Assembly: GCA_965243045.1 (NCBI GenBank)
Contig: CBDETR010000004.1
Location: forward strand, 160,308 to 224,307
Direction of reading: 5' to 3'
Origin: Alphaproteobacteria bacterium
Lineage (GTDB): Bacteria > Pseudomonadota > Alphaproteobacteria > JABAAW01 > JAHZMA01
DNA length: 64,000 nt
The notes under the pieces were generated by a model. It was not told where the DNA came from. It searched no databases and saw only the letters and a list, made by a program, of their open reading frames with translations. Both the position numbers and the translations under genes were made by a program. This document shows positions 43,026 to 53,902 of this stretch, one piece after another; position 1 is the first letter of the stretch, and each line of letters starts with the position of its first letter.

Positions 43026-43034
43026 CTTCTCTTT

Positions 43035-45098
43035 CTAACTCGCTTTCATCTTTTCTTGCACGGAATCTTGCAAAATTTCTTGCACGCAATTCTGCATTGT
43101 TTTTGAAGAACGCGCAATCGGGTTGGTCATATAAAAATTTTCAAACGGCAAAGCAAACTTCCTATCCACCAATTTACCATCTTTGCCAGATTTGCTTAAT
43201 GAGGCTTGCTCAACATAATTTTCACGGGCTAAATGCGGATGATGCTTAAACATATGAGAACGCAATTCATCTAAATCTATCCATGGTTGGCTTAGCTGTA
43301 ATTTATCAGAAAGCGCACGGATAATTTTCCAATCTTCACGCGCATGTCCCGGTGGTAGTGCCGCTTGGTCACTCATCTGCACCCTGCCTTCTAGATTCAC
43401 ATAAATACCGCTTTTTTCTGTATAGGCACTGCCGGGTAAAATCACATTCGCATGTGCCGCACCTTCATCGCCATGATGTCCTTGATAAATAACAAAGCAA
43501 TTATTATAGGCTTCTAATTTAACATCATCCGCCCCTAGCAAATACACAGTCGTAATGCTTTTCTTGACGGCATTAACCGCAATTTCGTGAGTATCAAAAC
43601 CACCTATTTCTGGAACCATGCCAATATCTAAACCACCCACACGCGATGCGGCATGATGCAAAATATTAAAGCCATTCCAATCATCACGCACCAACTGATA
43701 TTTATCAGCAAATTGCCGTGCCACATTCCAAATATACGCACCATCAGCCCGTGCCAAAACACCTGAACCAACTATAATCATAGGATTTTTAGCATTCTTA
43801 AAATCTTTGCAAAACTGGCTACGCCCATTTAATAAACTTACCAAATTTTCTGGACCAACTCCCAAATGCTGATAAGGATAATTTAAGTCAACGGGCGCGC
43901 CCACCAAACCAATCAAAGCACCTTGCAAATAACATTGCCTTAAATGGGCATTAATCAATGGGGCTTCACGCCGTGGGTCAGCACCCACAAACAAGATGGC
44001 ATCTGCCATTTCAATATTGGCAATATGTGTATTAAATAAATAATCACCGCGTGATTCTACACCAATTTTAGAACCATCCTGCCTGCAATCATAATGCGGT
44101 GATTTCATCGATTGCGCCAAATGCTTTAAGGCATACATGCTTTCTAAATCACATAAATCACCCGCAATCGCCGCAAAAGACGAACCGCCATTGCTCTTAA
44201 TATGTTTGGCGGCAATCGTTAATGCCTCATCCCATGTTGCTTCTTCTAAAACACCGCGTTGATTGCGAATATAAGGTCTATCAAGCCGATTATATTTCAA
44301 ACCATCATAAGAAAAGCGTGCTTTATCACAAATCCATTCCTGATTCACTGCCTCATTCAAACGTGGTAAAATACGCATCACCTCGTTGCCACGCACATCA
44401 ATACGGATATTTGCACCCACCGCATCTGAAACATCAATGCCATTATTTTTCTTCATTTCCCATGAGCGCGCTTTGAACGCATAGGGTTTTGACGTCAACG
44501 CACCGACTGGGCATAAATCAATCAAATTGCCTGATAATTCGGAACTAACCGCTTTTTCAAGCGTTGAAATTTCAGCATGTTCGCCACGATTCAGCAAGCC
44601 CATTTCATCAACGCCTGCAACTTCAGTTGAGAATCTGACACAGCGTGTGCAATGAATGCAACGCGTCATCACTGTCTTGATTAATGGCCCCATATATTTA
44701 TCAAGCACAGCGCGCTTATTTTCAGAAAAACGGCTGCTATCCGAACCATAACCCATCGCTTGGTCTTGCAAATCACACTCGCCCCCTTGGTCGCAAATCG
44801 GGCAATCTAACGGATGATTAATCAGCAAAAATTCCATGACGCCTTTACGGGCATGATGCACCATCTGACTATCGGTTTTAACAACCATGCCTTCGGTCGC
44901 TGGCAAGGCACAAGATGCTTGCGGCTTTGGTGATCCGGGGGAAACTTCTACCAAACACATCCGACAATTACCCGCAATCGACAATCTATCATGATAGCAA
45001 AAGCGTGGAATTTCATACCCTGCCTGCTCACAAGCCTGCAAGACAGTAACCCCATCTTCCACTTCTATTTCCGCATCATTAATCGTCAATTTTGGCAT
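43035..45098 (-). CDS. nuoG: NADH-quinone oxidoreductase subunit G
   Basis: 687 aa with N-terminal 2Fe-2S and 4Fe-4S cysteine clusters (CYHDRLSIAGNCRMCLVEV, CPICDQGGECDLQ, CIHCTRCVRF). Confidence 0.95.
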   Translation of the reverse strand: MPKLTINDAEIEVEDGVTVLQACEQAGYEIPRFCYHDRLSIAGNCRMCLVEVSPGSPKPQASCALPATEGMVVKTDSQMVHHARKGVMEFLLINHPLDCPICDQGGECDLQDQAMGYGSDSSRFSENKRAVLDKYMGPLIKTVMTRCIHCTRCVRFSTEVAGVDEMGLLNRGEHAEISTLEKAVSSELSGNLIDLCPVGALTSKPYAFKARSWEMKKNNGIDVSDAVGANIRIDVRGNEVMRILPRLNEAVNQEWICDKARFSYDGLKYNRLDRPYIRNQRGVLEEATWDEALTIAAKHIKSNGGSSFAAIAGDLCDLESMYALKHLAQSMKSPHYDCRQDGSKIGVESRGDYLFNTHIANIEMADAILFVGADPRREAPLINAHLRQCYLQGALIGLVGAPVDLNYPYQHLGVGPENLVSLLNGRSQFCKDFKNAKNPMIIVGSGVLARADGAYIWNVARQFADKYQLVRDDWNGFNILHHAASRVGGLDIGMVPEIGGFDTHEIAVNAVKKSITTVYLLGADDVKLEAYNNCFVIYQGHHGDEGAAHANVILPGSAYTEKSGIYVNLEGRVQMSDQAALPPGHAREDWKIIRALSDKLQLSQPWIDLDELRSHMFKHHPHLARENYVEQASLSKSGKDGKLVDRKFALPFENFYMTNPIARSSKTMQNCVQEILQDSVQEKMKAS

Positions 45099-45107
45099 AA
45101 TTTTTCC

Positions 45108-46382
45108 CTAAGCAGCCTGACCTGAATATCTAATCATTCGTTCTTTAATATCGTCTTTGAAATGGGCAAGCAAGCCTTGAATTGGCCATGCCGCCGCATC
45201 ACCTAACGCGCAAATCGTATGCCCTTCCACCTGTTTGGTAACCTCATAAAGCAAATCCACTTCTGCCATCGTTGCCTCACCACGCACCAAACGTTCCATC
45301 ATGCGCCACATCCAACCTGTGCCCTCACGGCACGGTGTGCATTGCCCACAAGATTCATGTTTGTAAAATTTTGATAGCCGTGCAATCGCAGCAATCACAT
45401 CGGTTGATTTATCCATCACAATCACGCCTGCTGTGCCTAAGCCACTATGCACATCTTTGAGCGCATCATAATCCATTAAAACTGTATCGCAAATAGCTTT
45501 GGGAATCATCGGCACTGAAGAACCACCCGGAATAATTGCCAGCAAGTTATTCCAACCACCACGCACCCCACCTGCATGTTTTTCAATCAAATCAACCAAT
45601 GGAATTGACATTTCTTCTTCCACATTACACGGTTTATTAACATGCCCTGAAATACAAAAAACTTTTGTACCTGTATTATTCTCGCGTCCAAAACTACTAA
45701 ACCAGCTTGCGCCTCTTTTCAAAATTTCAGGCACAACAGCAATCGTTTCCACATTATTAACCGTAGTCGGACAGCCATATAAACCAACATTTGCCGGAAA
45801 AGGTGGCTTCAAACGTGGTTGTCCTTTTTTACCTTCAAGGCTTTCTAGCAATGCCGTTTCTTCACCGCAAATATAAGCCCCTGCGCCACGATGCACATAA
45901 ATATCCACATCATAACCTGACTTACATGCATTCTTACCAATCAAACCAGCATCATAGGACTCGCTTATCGCCATTTCTAAAATCTGCGCCTCACGCACAA
46001 ATTCACCACGAATATAAATATAAACCGCGACTGCATCCATACCAACCGCTGACAACACAGCACCTTCAAGCAATCGATGCGGTTCGTGACGAATCATATC
46101 ACGGTCTTTGCATGTGCCCGGTTCTGATTCATCGGCATTAATCACCAAATAAGAGGGCTTATCACTCTTAGGAGGCATGAATGACCATTTCAAACCTGTG
46201 GGGAAACCTGCACCACCACGTCCACGCAAACCAGAGGCTTTCACCTCATCAGTAATCCATGCACGCCCTTTTTTAATATAATCAGACGTATTATCCCAAA
46301 TACCGCGCTTCTTAGCAGATTTTAACTGCCATTCATCTTCACCATATAAGTTAGTGAATATTCTATCCTTATCCGCTAACAT
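45108..46382 (-). CDS. nuoF: NADH-quinone oxidoreductase subunit F
   Basis: 424 aa with [20 protein letters not shown]-binding region and [12 protein letters not shown]. Confidence 0.95.
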   Translation of the reverse strand: MLADKDRIFTNLYGEDEWQLKSAKKRGIWDNTSDYIKKGRAWITDEVKASGLRGRGGAGFPTGLKWSFMPPKSDKPSYLVINADESEPGTCKDRDMIRHEPHRLLEGAVLSAVGMDAVAVYIYIRGEFVREAQILEMAISESYDAGLIGKNACKSGYDVDIYVHRGAGAYICGEETALLESLEGKKGQPRLKPPFPANVGLYGCPTTVNNVETIAVVPEILKRGASWFSSFGRENNTGTKVFCISGHVNKPCNVEEEMSIPLVDLIEKHAGGVRGGWNNLLAIIPGGSSVPMIPKAICDTVLMDYDALKDVHSGLGTAGVIVMDKSTDVIAAIARLSKFYKHESCGQCTPCREGTGWMWRMMERLVRGEATMAEVDLLYEVTKQVEGHTICALGDAAAWPIQGLLAHFKDDIKERMIRYSGQAA

Positions 46383-46385
46383 CTA

Positions 46386-46958
46386 TCACCCTTTCTTAAC
46401 CGTTTGGGTAACACCCATTGGCGCAGAATTTAACCGCCCTATTGTAGAGCCAATCTTCCGCAAATTACCTGCTTTCATTTCATCAAGCAAATCTTTCATC
46501 GTATCAGGGCTGATATCCTCATAATAATCATCATTAATCTGCACAATCGGTGCATTCACACACGCCCCCAAACATTCTACTTCGGTAAGGGTGAACATGC
46601 CATCATCAGAAGTTTCCCCTTCATCAATGCCTAACCGTTCTGTAATCACTTTTTTCACCTCTTGCGCGCCGCGAAGCATGCAAGGGGTTGTGCCACATAA
46701 TTGCAAATGATATTTGCCAACAGGCTTCAGATTAATCATGGTAAAAAAACTTGCCACTTCGCGCACACGCATCACAGGCATGGTTAGCGTTTCTGCAATG
46801 GCTTCAATCGCCTCATCGGTAACATGATGGGTTTTCTCATTTTCACGTTGCGCCAAATCAAGCAATGCCAAAACGGCAGAAGCTTGCCTACCCTTAGGAT
46901 ATTTTGCGATTGCTTGCGCGACTGCTGCTTGATTGGCAAATTGAAACTTTTTAGCCAT
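46386..46958 (-). CDS. nuoE: NADH-quinone oxidoreductase subunit E
   Basis: 190 aa thioredoxin-like 2Fe-2S subunit (CGTTPCMLRGA...CLGACVNAP). Confidence 0.9.
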   Translation of the reverse strand: MAKKFQFANQAAVAQAIAKYPKGRQASAVLALLDLAQRENEKTHHVTDEAIEAIAETLTMPVMRVREVASFFTMINLKPVGKYHLQLCGTTPCMLRGAQEVKKVITERLGIDEGETSDDGMFTLTEVECLGACVNAPIVQINDDYYEDISPDTMKDLLDEMKAGNLRKIGSTIGRLNSAPMGVTQTVKKG

Positions 46959-48160
46959 TATCGATCAATCTCACCAAAAACCACATCCATAGACCCTAAT
47001 ATCGCAACAGAATCCGCAAGCATATGCCCGCGAGACATGGCATCCAATGCTTGCAAATGGGCAAAGCCCGGCGCACGAATTTTACAACGATACGGTCGAT
47101 TCGACCCATCAGAAACCAAATAAACCGCAAACTCACCTTTGGGTGCTTCCACCGCGCAATAAGTCTCACCCTTTGGCACATGAAAGCCTTCTGTATAAAG
47201 TTTGAAATGATGAATCAACGCTTCCATTGAATGTTTCATCTCGTTTCTTTTGGGTGGGGTGAATTTATGATTGGTATTATGGACCGTACCTTTAGGTATT
47301 TTTTCTAAACATTGTCTGATAATTTTCAATGATTCATGCATTTCAAGCACACGCACCAAATAACGGTCATAGCAATCGCCATGACTGCCAACTGGAATAA
47401 GAAAATCCATTCTATCATAGACATCATAAGGCTGTTCTTTACGTAAATCCCATGCCACACCTGATGCACGCAACATAGGTCCACTCATGCCCCATGCCAA
47501 AGCCTGCTCTTTTGAAATCACACCAATATCAACGGAACGTTGCTTAAAAATACGATTATCACTTAACAAGCCTTCCATTGTATCTAGAAAATCAATAAAG
47601 CCATCTGCCCACTCGCTGATTCCCTGTTCCATTCCTTCGGGCATATCTTGATGAACACCGCCAACACGGAAATAGGCGGCATGCAACCTTGCCCCGCTTA
47701 CCGCTTCATAAAATTCCATTAATTTTTCGCGCTGTTCAAATGCCCATAAAGGTGGGGTTACCGCGCCTACATCTAGCGCATAGGTTGTGATATTAAACAA
47801 ATGATTTAAGATACGGGATATTTCAGCAAATAACACACGAATATATTGCCCTCTTAAAGGTACTTCCAATCCTAACAATCTTTCAGCTGCCAGCACAAAA
47901 GCATGTTCTTGGCTCATGGGCGCAACATAATCTAGCCTATCAAAATAAGGCATTGCCTGTAGATATGTTTTATACTCAATTAATTTTTCAGTACCGCGAT
48001 GCAGTAAACCAATATGAGGGTCAAGCCTTTCAATCACCTCACCATCCATCTCCATCACAAGGCGCAACACGCCATGCGCTGCTGGATGCTGGGGACCAAA
48101 ATTCATCGTCAAGGTACGTAATGTAGGGTCTTTTTGCTTATCGTAACGAATATCAGACAT
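46958..48160 (-). CDS. nuoD: NADH-quinone oxidoreductase subunit D
   Basis: 400 aa with [16 protein letters not shown]. Confidence 0.95.
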   Translation of the reverse strand: MSDIRYDKQKDPTLRTLTMNFGPQHPAAHGVLRLVMEMDGEVIERLDPHIGLLHRGTEKLIEYKTYLQAMPYFDRLDYVAPMSQEHAFVLAAERLLGLEVPLRGQYIRVLFAEISRILNHLFNITTYALDVGAVTPPLWAFEQREKLMEFYEAVSGARLHAAYFRVGGVHQDMPEGMEQGISEWADGFIDFLDTMEGLLSDNRIFKQRSVDIGVISKEQALAWGMSGPMLRASGVAWDLRKEQPYDVYDRMDFLIPVGSHGDCYDRYLVRVLEMHESLKIIRQCLEKIPKGTVHNTNHKFTPPKRNEMKHSMEALIHHFKLYTEGFHVPKGETYCAVEAPKGEFAVYLVSDGSNRPYRCKIRAPGFAHLQALDAMSRGHMLADSVAILGSMDVVFGEIDR

Positions 48161-48180
48161 AATTAATGATGCAACCTCTC

Positions 48181-48837
48181 CTAATTTGCCTGCTTATTGT
48201 TATTGTCTTTTGATTGATTCGATGTATCTATCGGGCGTGCTGTTGCTTCCCATGGTGATTCAAAATCAAAATCACGATATTCTTGGTCAAGCGACACTGG
48301 CTCATAAACCACGCGCGCCAATTCATCATCATAACGAACTTCTGTATAGCCTGTTAATGGGAAATCTTTTCGCAAAGGATGCCCAGAAAACCCATAATCC
48401 GTTAAAATACGGCGCAAATCAGGATGCCCTGAAAAGAAAATGCCATACATATCCCAACATTCGCGTTCGAACCAGCCGGCAGACGCCCAAATATCTACCA
48501 ATGACGGCAAAATCACTTCACTATCCGCCCGCACTTTCAGCCTGATGCGCATATTATGTTCAATCGATAAAAGGTGATAAACCACATCAAAACGCTGTTC
48601 ACGATGAAGGTAATCCGCCCCGCATATATCCATAAGGCAAGTAAATAAACATTGACTATTATTGCGTAAAAATGTTGCGACCTCTTCTAGAGCATCCATC
48701 GAAACAATCAAACAGGCTTCGCCAAAAGCATTGCTATCATCTTCAACTTTATCGCCAAAGCGACTCTTAACCCCTGCAATCGCATTGATACCGCCATAGG
48801 GCAATGGATAGGGCAACTGAACAGATTGATTCACCAT
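48181..48837 (-). CDS. nuoC: NADH-quinone oxidoreductase subunit C
   Basis: 218 aa 30-kDa subunit, separate from nuoD (not fused). Confidence 0.9.
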   Translation of the reverse strand: MVNQSVQLPYPLPYGGINAIAGVKSRFGDKVEDDSNAFGEACLIVSMDALEEVATFLRNNSQCLFTCLMDICGADYLHREQRFDVVYHLLSIEHNMRIRLKVRADSEVILPSLVDIWASAGWFERECWDMYGIFFSGHPDLRRILTDYGFSGHPLRKDFPLTGYTEVRYDDELARVVYEPVSLDQEYRDFDFESPWEATARPIDTSNQSKDNNNKQAN

Positions 48838-48849
48838 ATTATCATCCCA

Positions 48850-49419
48850 TTACACTCTTGTGACCGATGTTGTCCGTTTAATTTTCTTTTGCAGTTGCAA
48901 AATTCCATAAACCAGTGCTTCTGCGGTTGGCGGGCAACCGGGCACATAAATATCAACGGGTACGATTCTATCACAACCACGCACAACTGAATAAGAATAA
49001 TGATAATAACCACCACCATTGGCACAAGAACCCATCGAAATTACCCAGCGCGGTTCTGGCATTTGGTCGTAAACTTTGCGTAATGCCGGCGCCATTTTAT
49101 TGGTTAATGTTCCTGCCACAATCATCACATCTGATTGCCTTGGTGATGCACGTGGCACGACCCCTAATCTATCTAAATCATAACGCGGCATATAAGCGTG
49201 AATCATCTCAACAGCGCAACATGCCAAGCCAAAAGTCATCGGCCATAGTGAACCTGTGCGCGCCCATGCTACCAAATTATCTAAATTTGTGTTCACAAAA
49301 CCCTTATTCTGCACTTCACCGGTCAGATGTTTCATCAGCTCAGCATCAGAAACATAATCACGCCCTTTAATAATTTCAGATGGTGTCTCTACTCCCAATC
49401 TAATGCCCCTTTTCGCCAT
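48850..49419 (-). CDS. nuoB: NADH-quinone oxidoreductase subunit B
   Basis: 189 aa with CCAVEM and [23 protein letters not shown]. Confidence 0.95.
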   Translation of the reverse strand: MAKRGIRLGVETPSEIIKGRDYVSDAELMKHLTGEVQNKGFVNTNLDNLVAWARTGSLWPMTFGLACCAVEMIHAYMPRYDLDRLGVVPRASPRQSDVMIVAGTLTNKMAPALRKVYDQMPEPRWVISMGSCANGGGYYHYSYSVVRGCDRIVPVDIYVPGCPPTAEALVYGILQLQKKIKRTTSVTRV

Positions 49420-49754
49420 TCATAAACAAACCCGATGGTTAAAATTGTTAAAAAAATCATCATCGTCCAAAAACCATATAAGCCAATTTTTCCCAATGTC
49501 ACAGCCCATGGGAACAAAAAGGCAATCTCAACATCAAAAATGATAAATAATAATGTCACCAAATAAAAACGAACATCAAACCGTGTGCGCGCATCATCAA
49601 AGGCTTCAAACCCACACTCATAGGCGGATAATTTCTCGGGGTCGGGTTGTTTTGCGCCTACCAAATAACTGCCAATTATCATCACTAGTGATAAACCACC
49701 AGCAATTATGATAAAAACCAACACAGCCAAATATTCTTGAAAAAACGGATTCAT
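49389..49754 (-). CDS. nuoA: NADH-quinone oxidoreductase subunit A
   Basis: 121 aa, three TM helices with YECGFE motif; first gene of the operon. Confidence 0.9.
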   Translation of the reverse strand: MNPFFQEYLAVLVFIIIAGGLSLVMIIGSYLVGAKQPDPEKLSAYECGFEAFDDARTRFDVRFYLVTLLFIIFDVEIAFLFPWAVTLGKIGLYGFWTMMIFLTILTIGFVYEWRKGALDWE

Positions 49755-49922
49755 AGGTTACCTTATAAATTATTTTACAAAAAGATGCATCAAAATATCA
49801 CTCTATCCATAAACTATCTGCATTTTTTTGAATAATACTGAAAAAAGACTTAAATCTCAATGTAAAATAGCTTAAAAAGTAATAAATTTTCTGACAATCA
49901 ACTTCTTTGATAGAAGAGACTT

Positions 49923-50504
49923 ATGACAACCAAAAATGCAACATCTAATCGCGGGCAATCCCAAGCAGAATCCTCCCCAGAATCCCCCCCAGAATCCCCC
50001 CCAGAATCCCATGCAAAATTGAAGGGGCATATTGCGCTTTTTCAACCAGATATTCCGCAAAATACTGGCGCGATTATGCGGTTGGCAAGCTGTTTTGATA
50101 TGACCTTAAACATTATTGAACCATGCGGTTTTGTGTTTTCTGAAAAACAATGGAAAAGAAGCGCGATGGATTATGCCAAGAATTTGCATTTGAATCGCCA
50201 TGATGATTGGCAAGAATTTTTGCAATGGCGCGATGCTGAAACTGAAAAGAACCCTAAAAAGCGAATAATTTTATTTACCACAAAGGGCAATCATTGCTAT
50301 GATAATTTTACGTTTCAAAAAACTGATATTTTACTATTTGGCAGTGAAACAAAAGGTGTGCCTGAAAATGTGCATGAAATTAGTGATGCAACATTGGTGA
50401 TTCCTATGGCTAAATCTGCGCGTTCGCTAAATCTTGCCATGAGCGTTGCCATTGCAGTGGCGCATTTTAATAGTCAATTGCGGAAAGAAAATAACAATGA
50501 CTGA
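49923..50504 (+). CDS. trmL: tRNA (cytidine/uridine-2'-O)-methyltransferase TrmL (SpoU-TrmD fold), with repeat-containing N-terminal extension or leader
   Basis: The region from about residue 36 (GHIALFQPDIPQNTGAIMRLASCFDMTLNIIEP...) matches TrmL. The preceding 35 codons contain the PESP repeats, and the true initiation codon is uncertain. Confidence 0.75.
   Translation: MTTKNATSNRGQSQAESSPESPPESPPESHAKLKGHIALFQPDIPQNTGAIMRLASCFDMTLNIIEPCGFVFSEKQWKRSAMDYAKNLHLNRHDDWQEFLQWRDAETEKNPKKRIILFTTKGNHCYDNFTFQKTDILLFGSETKGVPENVHEISDATLVIPMAKSARSLNLAMSVAIAVAHFNSQLRKENNND
49965..50010. repeat. 12-bp tandem repeat (agaatccccccc) x~3.7 containing two C7 homopolymer tracts, at the 5' end of the trmL ORF
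   Basis: gcagaatcctcccc agaatccccccc agaatccccccc agaatccc, read directly. The minus-strand ORF with GFWGG repeats is its mirror artefact. Confidence 0.85.
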
Positions 50505-51357
50505 ACAACAAACCAAGCAACAGCAGGCACAAACATGGTTTCGGCAATTACGTGATGATATTTGCACCGAATTTGAAAGGATTGAACAGGAATTTGCACA
50601 AAAGCAAAATCTTGAATCAGCACAATTTACCCGCAACCCTTGGCAACGCCCTGATGAATCGGTAGAGCATGGTGGCGGTGGTGAAATTTCAATTATCCGC
50701 GGCAATGTGTTTGAAAAAGCGGCGGTGAATATCTCGGTTGTCGAAGGTTGTTTTTCAGAAAAATTTCGCAAGGAAATTAAAGGTGCAGAAGAAAATGACG
50801 GGAATTTTTGGGCAGCAGGCATTTCAATCATTACTCACCCTTATAACCCCTTTGTACCACCTATACATATGAATACCCGTATGATTGTAACTGCGAAACA
50901 ATGGTTTGGGGGTGGTATTGACTTAAACCCGATTTTTCCAGATGATGCGGATAGCAAGTTATTTCATGAAAAATTAAAAGAACTTTGCGACCAACATCAC
51001 CCTGATTATTATGAAAAATTTAGCAAGCAAGCCGATGATTATTTTACGATTAAACATCGCAATATGAAACGGGGAATTGGCGGTATTTTTTACGATTATC
51101 TCGATGAAGATTGGCACAAGGATTTTGATTTTACAAAATCTGTAGGGCGTTGCTTTTTAGATATTTACCCCAATTTAGTGCGCGCGCATAGGGATGATAC
51201 CTATACCAAAAATGACCGCGAGCAACAATTTATCAAGCGCGGACATTACACTGAATTTAACCTTGTTTATGATAGAGGCACACGCTTTGGTTTGATGACT
51301 GGAGGCAATGTAGAGGCTGTGTTGGCATCCTTACCCCCCATTGCCAAATGGCCTTAA
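50498..51357 (+). CDS. hemF: oxygen-dependent coproporphyrinogen-III oxidase
   Basis: HemF motifs (GGGGEISIIRGNVFEKAAVN, NPFVPPIHMNTRMI, GGGIDLNPIFP). Start set at ATG 50498 (MTEQQ...), which overlaps the trmL stop as ATGACTGA. Confidence 0.85.
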
Positions 51358-51855
51358 CGCGCTTTCATCTTGCCCGATGGTACGATTGATTTGCGCCAAT
51401 TGTAATCTGGCAAGATTGCTTAAAAAACCATCAATCTTCGTTGATAACGGGATAATACCATGTCTATCCGCCGTGCCTGCAAAAATTTTATCACGCACCA
51501 ATAGCCATTGCGCTAGAAACGGCATCATCTGAGTTAAAATAACGCGTGCTTCTTCATCGGTTACATCTTGCTGTAACACAGAGATATAATCAGTGAAAAT
51601 ATCATAACTATCCATCATATCTAGCCTTGCATTTTCTGAAAAATTACCATCATAGGCGTAATTTGCAAGCTGATTATCCATTGTTAAAAATTGCTGATGG
51701 GCGTGATAGATGAAATCAAAATTTTGTATATTCTGCAGATGAGATTCATTCATCTGGTAATGTTGTGCTTTTAGCAATTGATAGATGCTGATGCTTGCAA
51801 TCATGGCTATGATGATGAAAGCAATTATAAATTTACTGATAGGTTTCATGCTCAT
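51331..51855 (-). CDS. hypothetical membrane-anchored periplasmic helical protein (single N-terminal TM helix; sensor-like four-helix-bundle guess)
   Basis: 174 aa, N-terminal hydrophobic helix KFIIAFIIIAMIASISIYQLL. Start overlaps the stop of the upstream ccp gene (ATGA). No family recognised. Confidence 0.5.
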   Translation of the reverse strand: MSMKPISKFIIAFIIIAMIASISIYQLLKAQHYQMNESHLQNIQNFDFIYHAHQQFLTMDNQLANYAYDGNFSENARLDMMDSYDIFTDYISVLQQDVTDEEARVILTQMMPFLAQWLLVRDKIFAGTADRHGIIPLSTKIDGFLSNLARLQLAQINRTIGQDESALRPFGNGG

Positions 51856-52889
51856 TGCTTATTATTCGATATTAAAGGGCTGGTTAATGTCTGCAAAAAT
51901 GCTATTAATTCTAATCTTTCTTGCATGGTTAAAAAAAGCGGTTTCATTTCTTTAGCCAATGAATCACGCACAATAAAACCCGTATCATAATGGTCAAAAA
52001 CCGCCATCATATCGGGCAAAGAGCCATTATGCATATAAGGCGCACGCTTCATAATATCACGCAACCCTAATGTCTTAAACGCATGTAGCATTTTGGGGTC
52101 AGCTACATGCGCCCCCCGCCCAATATCTGTATCGGCAATGCCAATATCATGAAAATCAGCATCCGTGAATCGCCACCCCGAATGGCACGCACTACAATTT
52201 GCTTTGCCATTAAATAACACAAACCCTTGCTTTGCCTGTTCAGAAATTGCTTCTTCATCCCCCATCACCCATTCATCAAAAGGGGCAATAGGCGATATAA
52301 TTCCGCGCTCAAAAGTGGCGATGGCTTTGGCAATCGTCCCCCCATGGATAGGCTCATCTTCATCAGGAAATGCCTTGATAAATAAATCCTGATAGATGGG
52401 TGAGGACGCAACCGCATCCACCACAAGATGAATCGGGCGATTCATTTCTAATGGGCTAGAAAATGGTCCCAATGCTTGTATCTCCAAAGATGATGCGCGC
52501 CCATCCCATAGATAAAATTCGTCCCATGCAAGATTCAACAGGCTCATGGTTTTACGACGTGCTTGCTTGCCCTCAGCGTTAATGGCGCGAGGCAAACCAT
52601 CTGACCATCCGTGATTTGGTTGATGGCACGATGCACATGCCCTTTTATTGCCTGAAAGATTCTTATCAAAAAACAATATTTTGCCCAAATGATATTTTTC
52701 TTGGCTGAAAGGATTATCATCGGGGTAAGGAATTTCAGCGGAGCGTTGATAAAGCATCTTTAATGATGAAATATCATTATTCTCAGCCTGTATATTTTCA
52801 ATTTGCACCACAAAAAATATCACCATCATCGCGATGCTAATTGTAATACTAAATCTTAACAATGAACGCATTTCTTCCTCAATCATCAT
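51852..52889 (-). CDS. ccp: di-haem cytochrome c peroxidase
   Basis: Two CxxCH haem motifs (CASCHQPNHGW, CSACHSGWRFTD) and conserved CCP context. Start trimmed to the MMIEEEMRSLL signal-peptide Met; the track ORF extends to 53072. Confidence 0.85.
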   Translation of the reverse strand: MMIEEEMRSLLRFSITISIAMMVIFFVVQIENIQAENNDISSLKMLYQRSAEIPYPDDNPFSQEKYHLGKILFFDKNLSGNKRACASCHQPNHGWSDGLPRAINAEGKQARRKTMSLLNLAWDEFYLWDGRASSLEIQALGPFSSPLEMNRPIHLVVDAVASSPIYQDLFIKAFPDEDEPIHGGTIAKAIATFERGIISPIAPFDEWVMGDEEAISEQAKQGFVLFNGKANCSACHSGWRFTDADFHDIGIADTDIGRGAHVADPKMLHAFKTLGLRDIMKRAPYMHNGSLPDMMAVFDHYDTGFIVRDSLAKEMKPLFLTMQERLELIAFLQTLTSPLISNNKQ

Positions 52890-52917
52890 AAAGATATATT
52901 CTAGCAATTTTACCCAT

Positions 52918-53901
52918 ATGATGCTACAACACAATATAAAGAAGAGGTTTATTGTGTCAATTTTTACCAATATCAGCGGTTTTGATAATCGCCCTTTAGC
53001 CGAAGGAATCCGTACCATCATGCCCGATAGACATGTGGAAATATGGCCTGATATTGCAGATGATAATGCCATCCATTATGCGATTATATGGCAACATCCC
53101 CATCATGATTTAAGCCGTTACCAAAACTTAAAAGCCGTTTTCTCCATTGCCGCTGGCACCGACCATATCACCACAATGCCTGATATGACGTTTCTGCTTG
53201 CCCGTAATATTCCGATTGTTCGAATGCATAATCCAGATATGGCAGAAGATATGGCGCAATATGCACTATATTGGGTGTTGCATTTTACACGTAATTTCCA
53301 TCTATTTGCCCATGCCCAAACAAAAGCGCAATGGTTACATGCAAACATTGAATCGCCCGAAGATTATCCTATCGGCATTATTGGTATGGGTAAAATGGGT
53401 ACGGTGATTGCGCGTAAATTAATAGCAAATAATTTTCGCGTCAGTGGCATGAAAAAAACCAAAACTACCAATGATTCAACGGATAACATAAAAATTTATA
53501 GTAGCGAGAATTGGCAAGAATTTTTATCGTCTCACAAAATTTTTATCAATCTTGTGCCTAAAACTGAAAGCACCAATCATTTGTTAAATCATGCCATGTT
53601 TTATCAAATGCCAAAAAATTCTATTCTTATCAATATCGCACGGGGCAATAGTGTGGATAGCCATGCCTTAATGCAAGCACTCGATGATGACCAGCTTGCT
53701 CATGCGGTGCTAGATGTGTTTGAAACCGAGCCATTGCCTGTTGATTCACCCTTATGGCAGCATCCTAAAATCTCTCTCACTCCTCATATTGCCGGACGTG
53801 ACCATCTGGCAAGTTCGGCAAAAATTATTGCTGAAAATATCAAAAATATGGAACAAAATAAAACAGCTTTTCCAATTTATAATCATGAAAAAGGATATTA
53901 A
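52918..53901 (+). CDS. D-isomer-specific 2-hydroxyacid dehydrogenase (glyoxylate/hydroxypyruvate reductase A-like)
   Basis: NAD-binding GIIGMGKMGTVIARKL, catalytic-region LINIARGNSVD and TPHIAGR. Start set at the first Met after the divergent ccp gene. Confidence 0.8.
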   Translation: MMLQHNIKKRFIVSIFTNISGFDNRPLAEGIRTIMPDRHVEIWPDIADDNAIHYAIIWQHPHHDLSRYQNLKAVFSIAAGTDHITTMPDMTFLLARNIPIVRMHNPDMAEDMAQYALYWVLHFTRNFHLFAHAQTKAQWLHANIESPEDYPIGIIGMGKMGTVIARKLIANNFRVSGMKKTKTTNDSTDNIKIYSSENWQEFLSSHKIFINLVPKTESTNHLLNHAMFYQMPKNSILINIARGNSVDSHALMQALDDDQLAHAVLDVFETEPLPVDSPLWQHPKISLTPHIAGRDHLASSAKIIAENIKNMEQNKTAFPIYNHEKGY

Positions 53902-53902
53902 A

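Noticed and set aside
49872-50060. Minus-strand ORF with GFWGGFWGGFWGG repeat
   Set aside because: It is the mirror image of the 12-bp C-rich repeat at the trmL 5' end, with no independent support.
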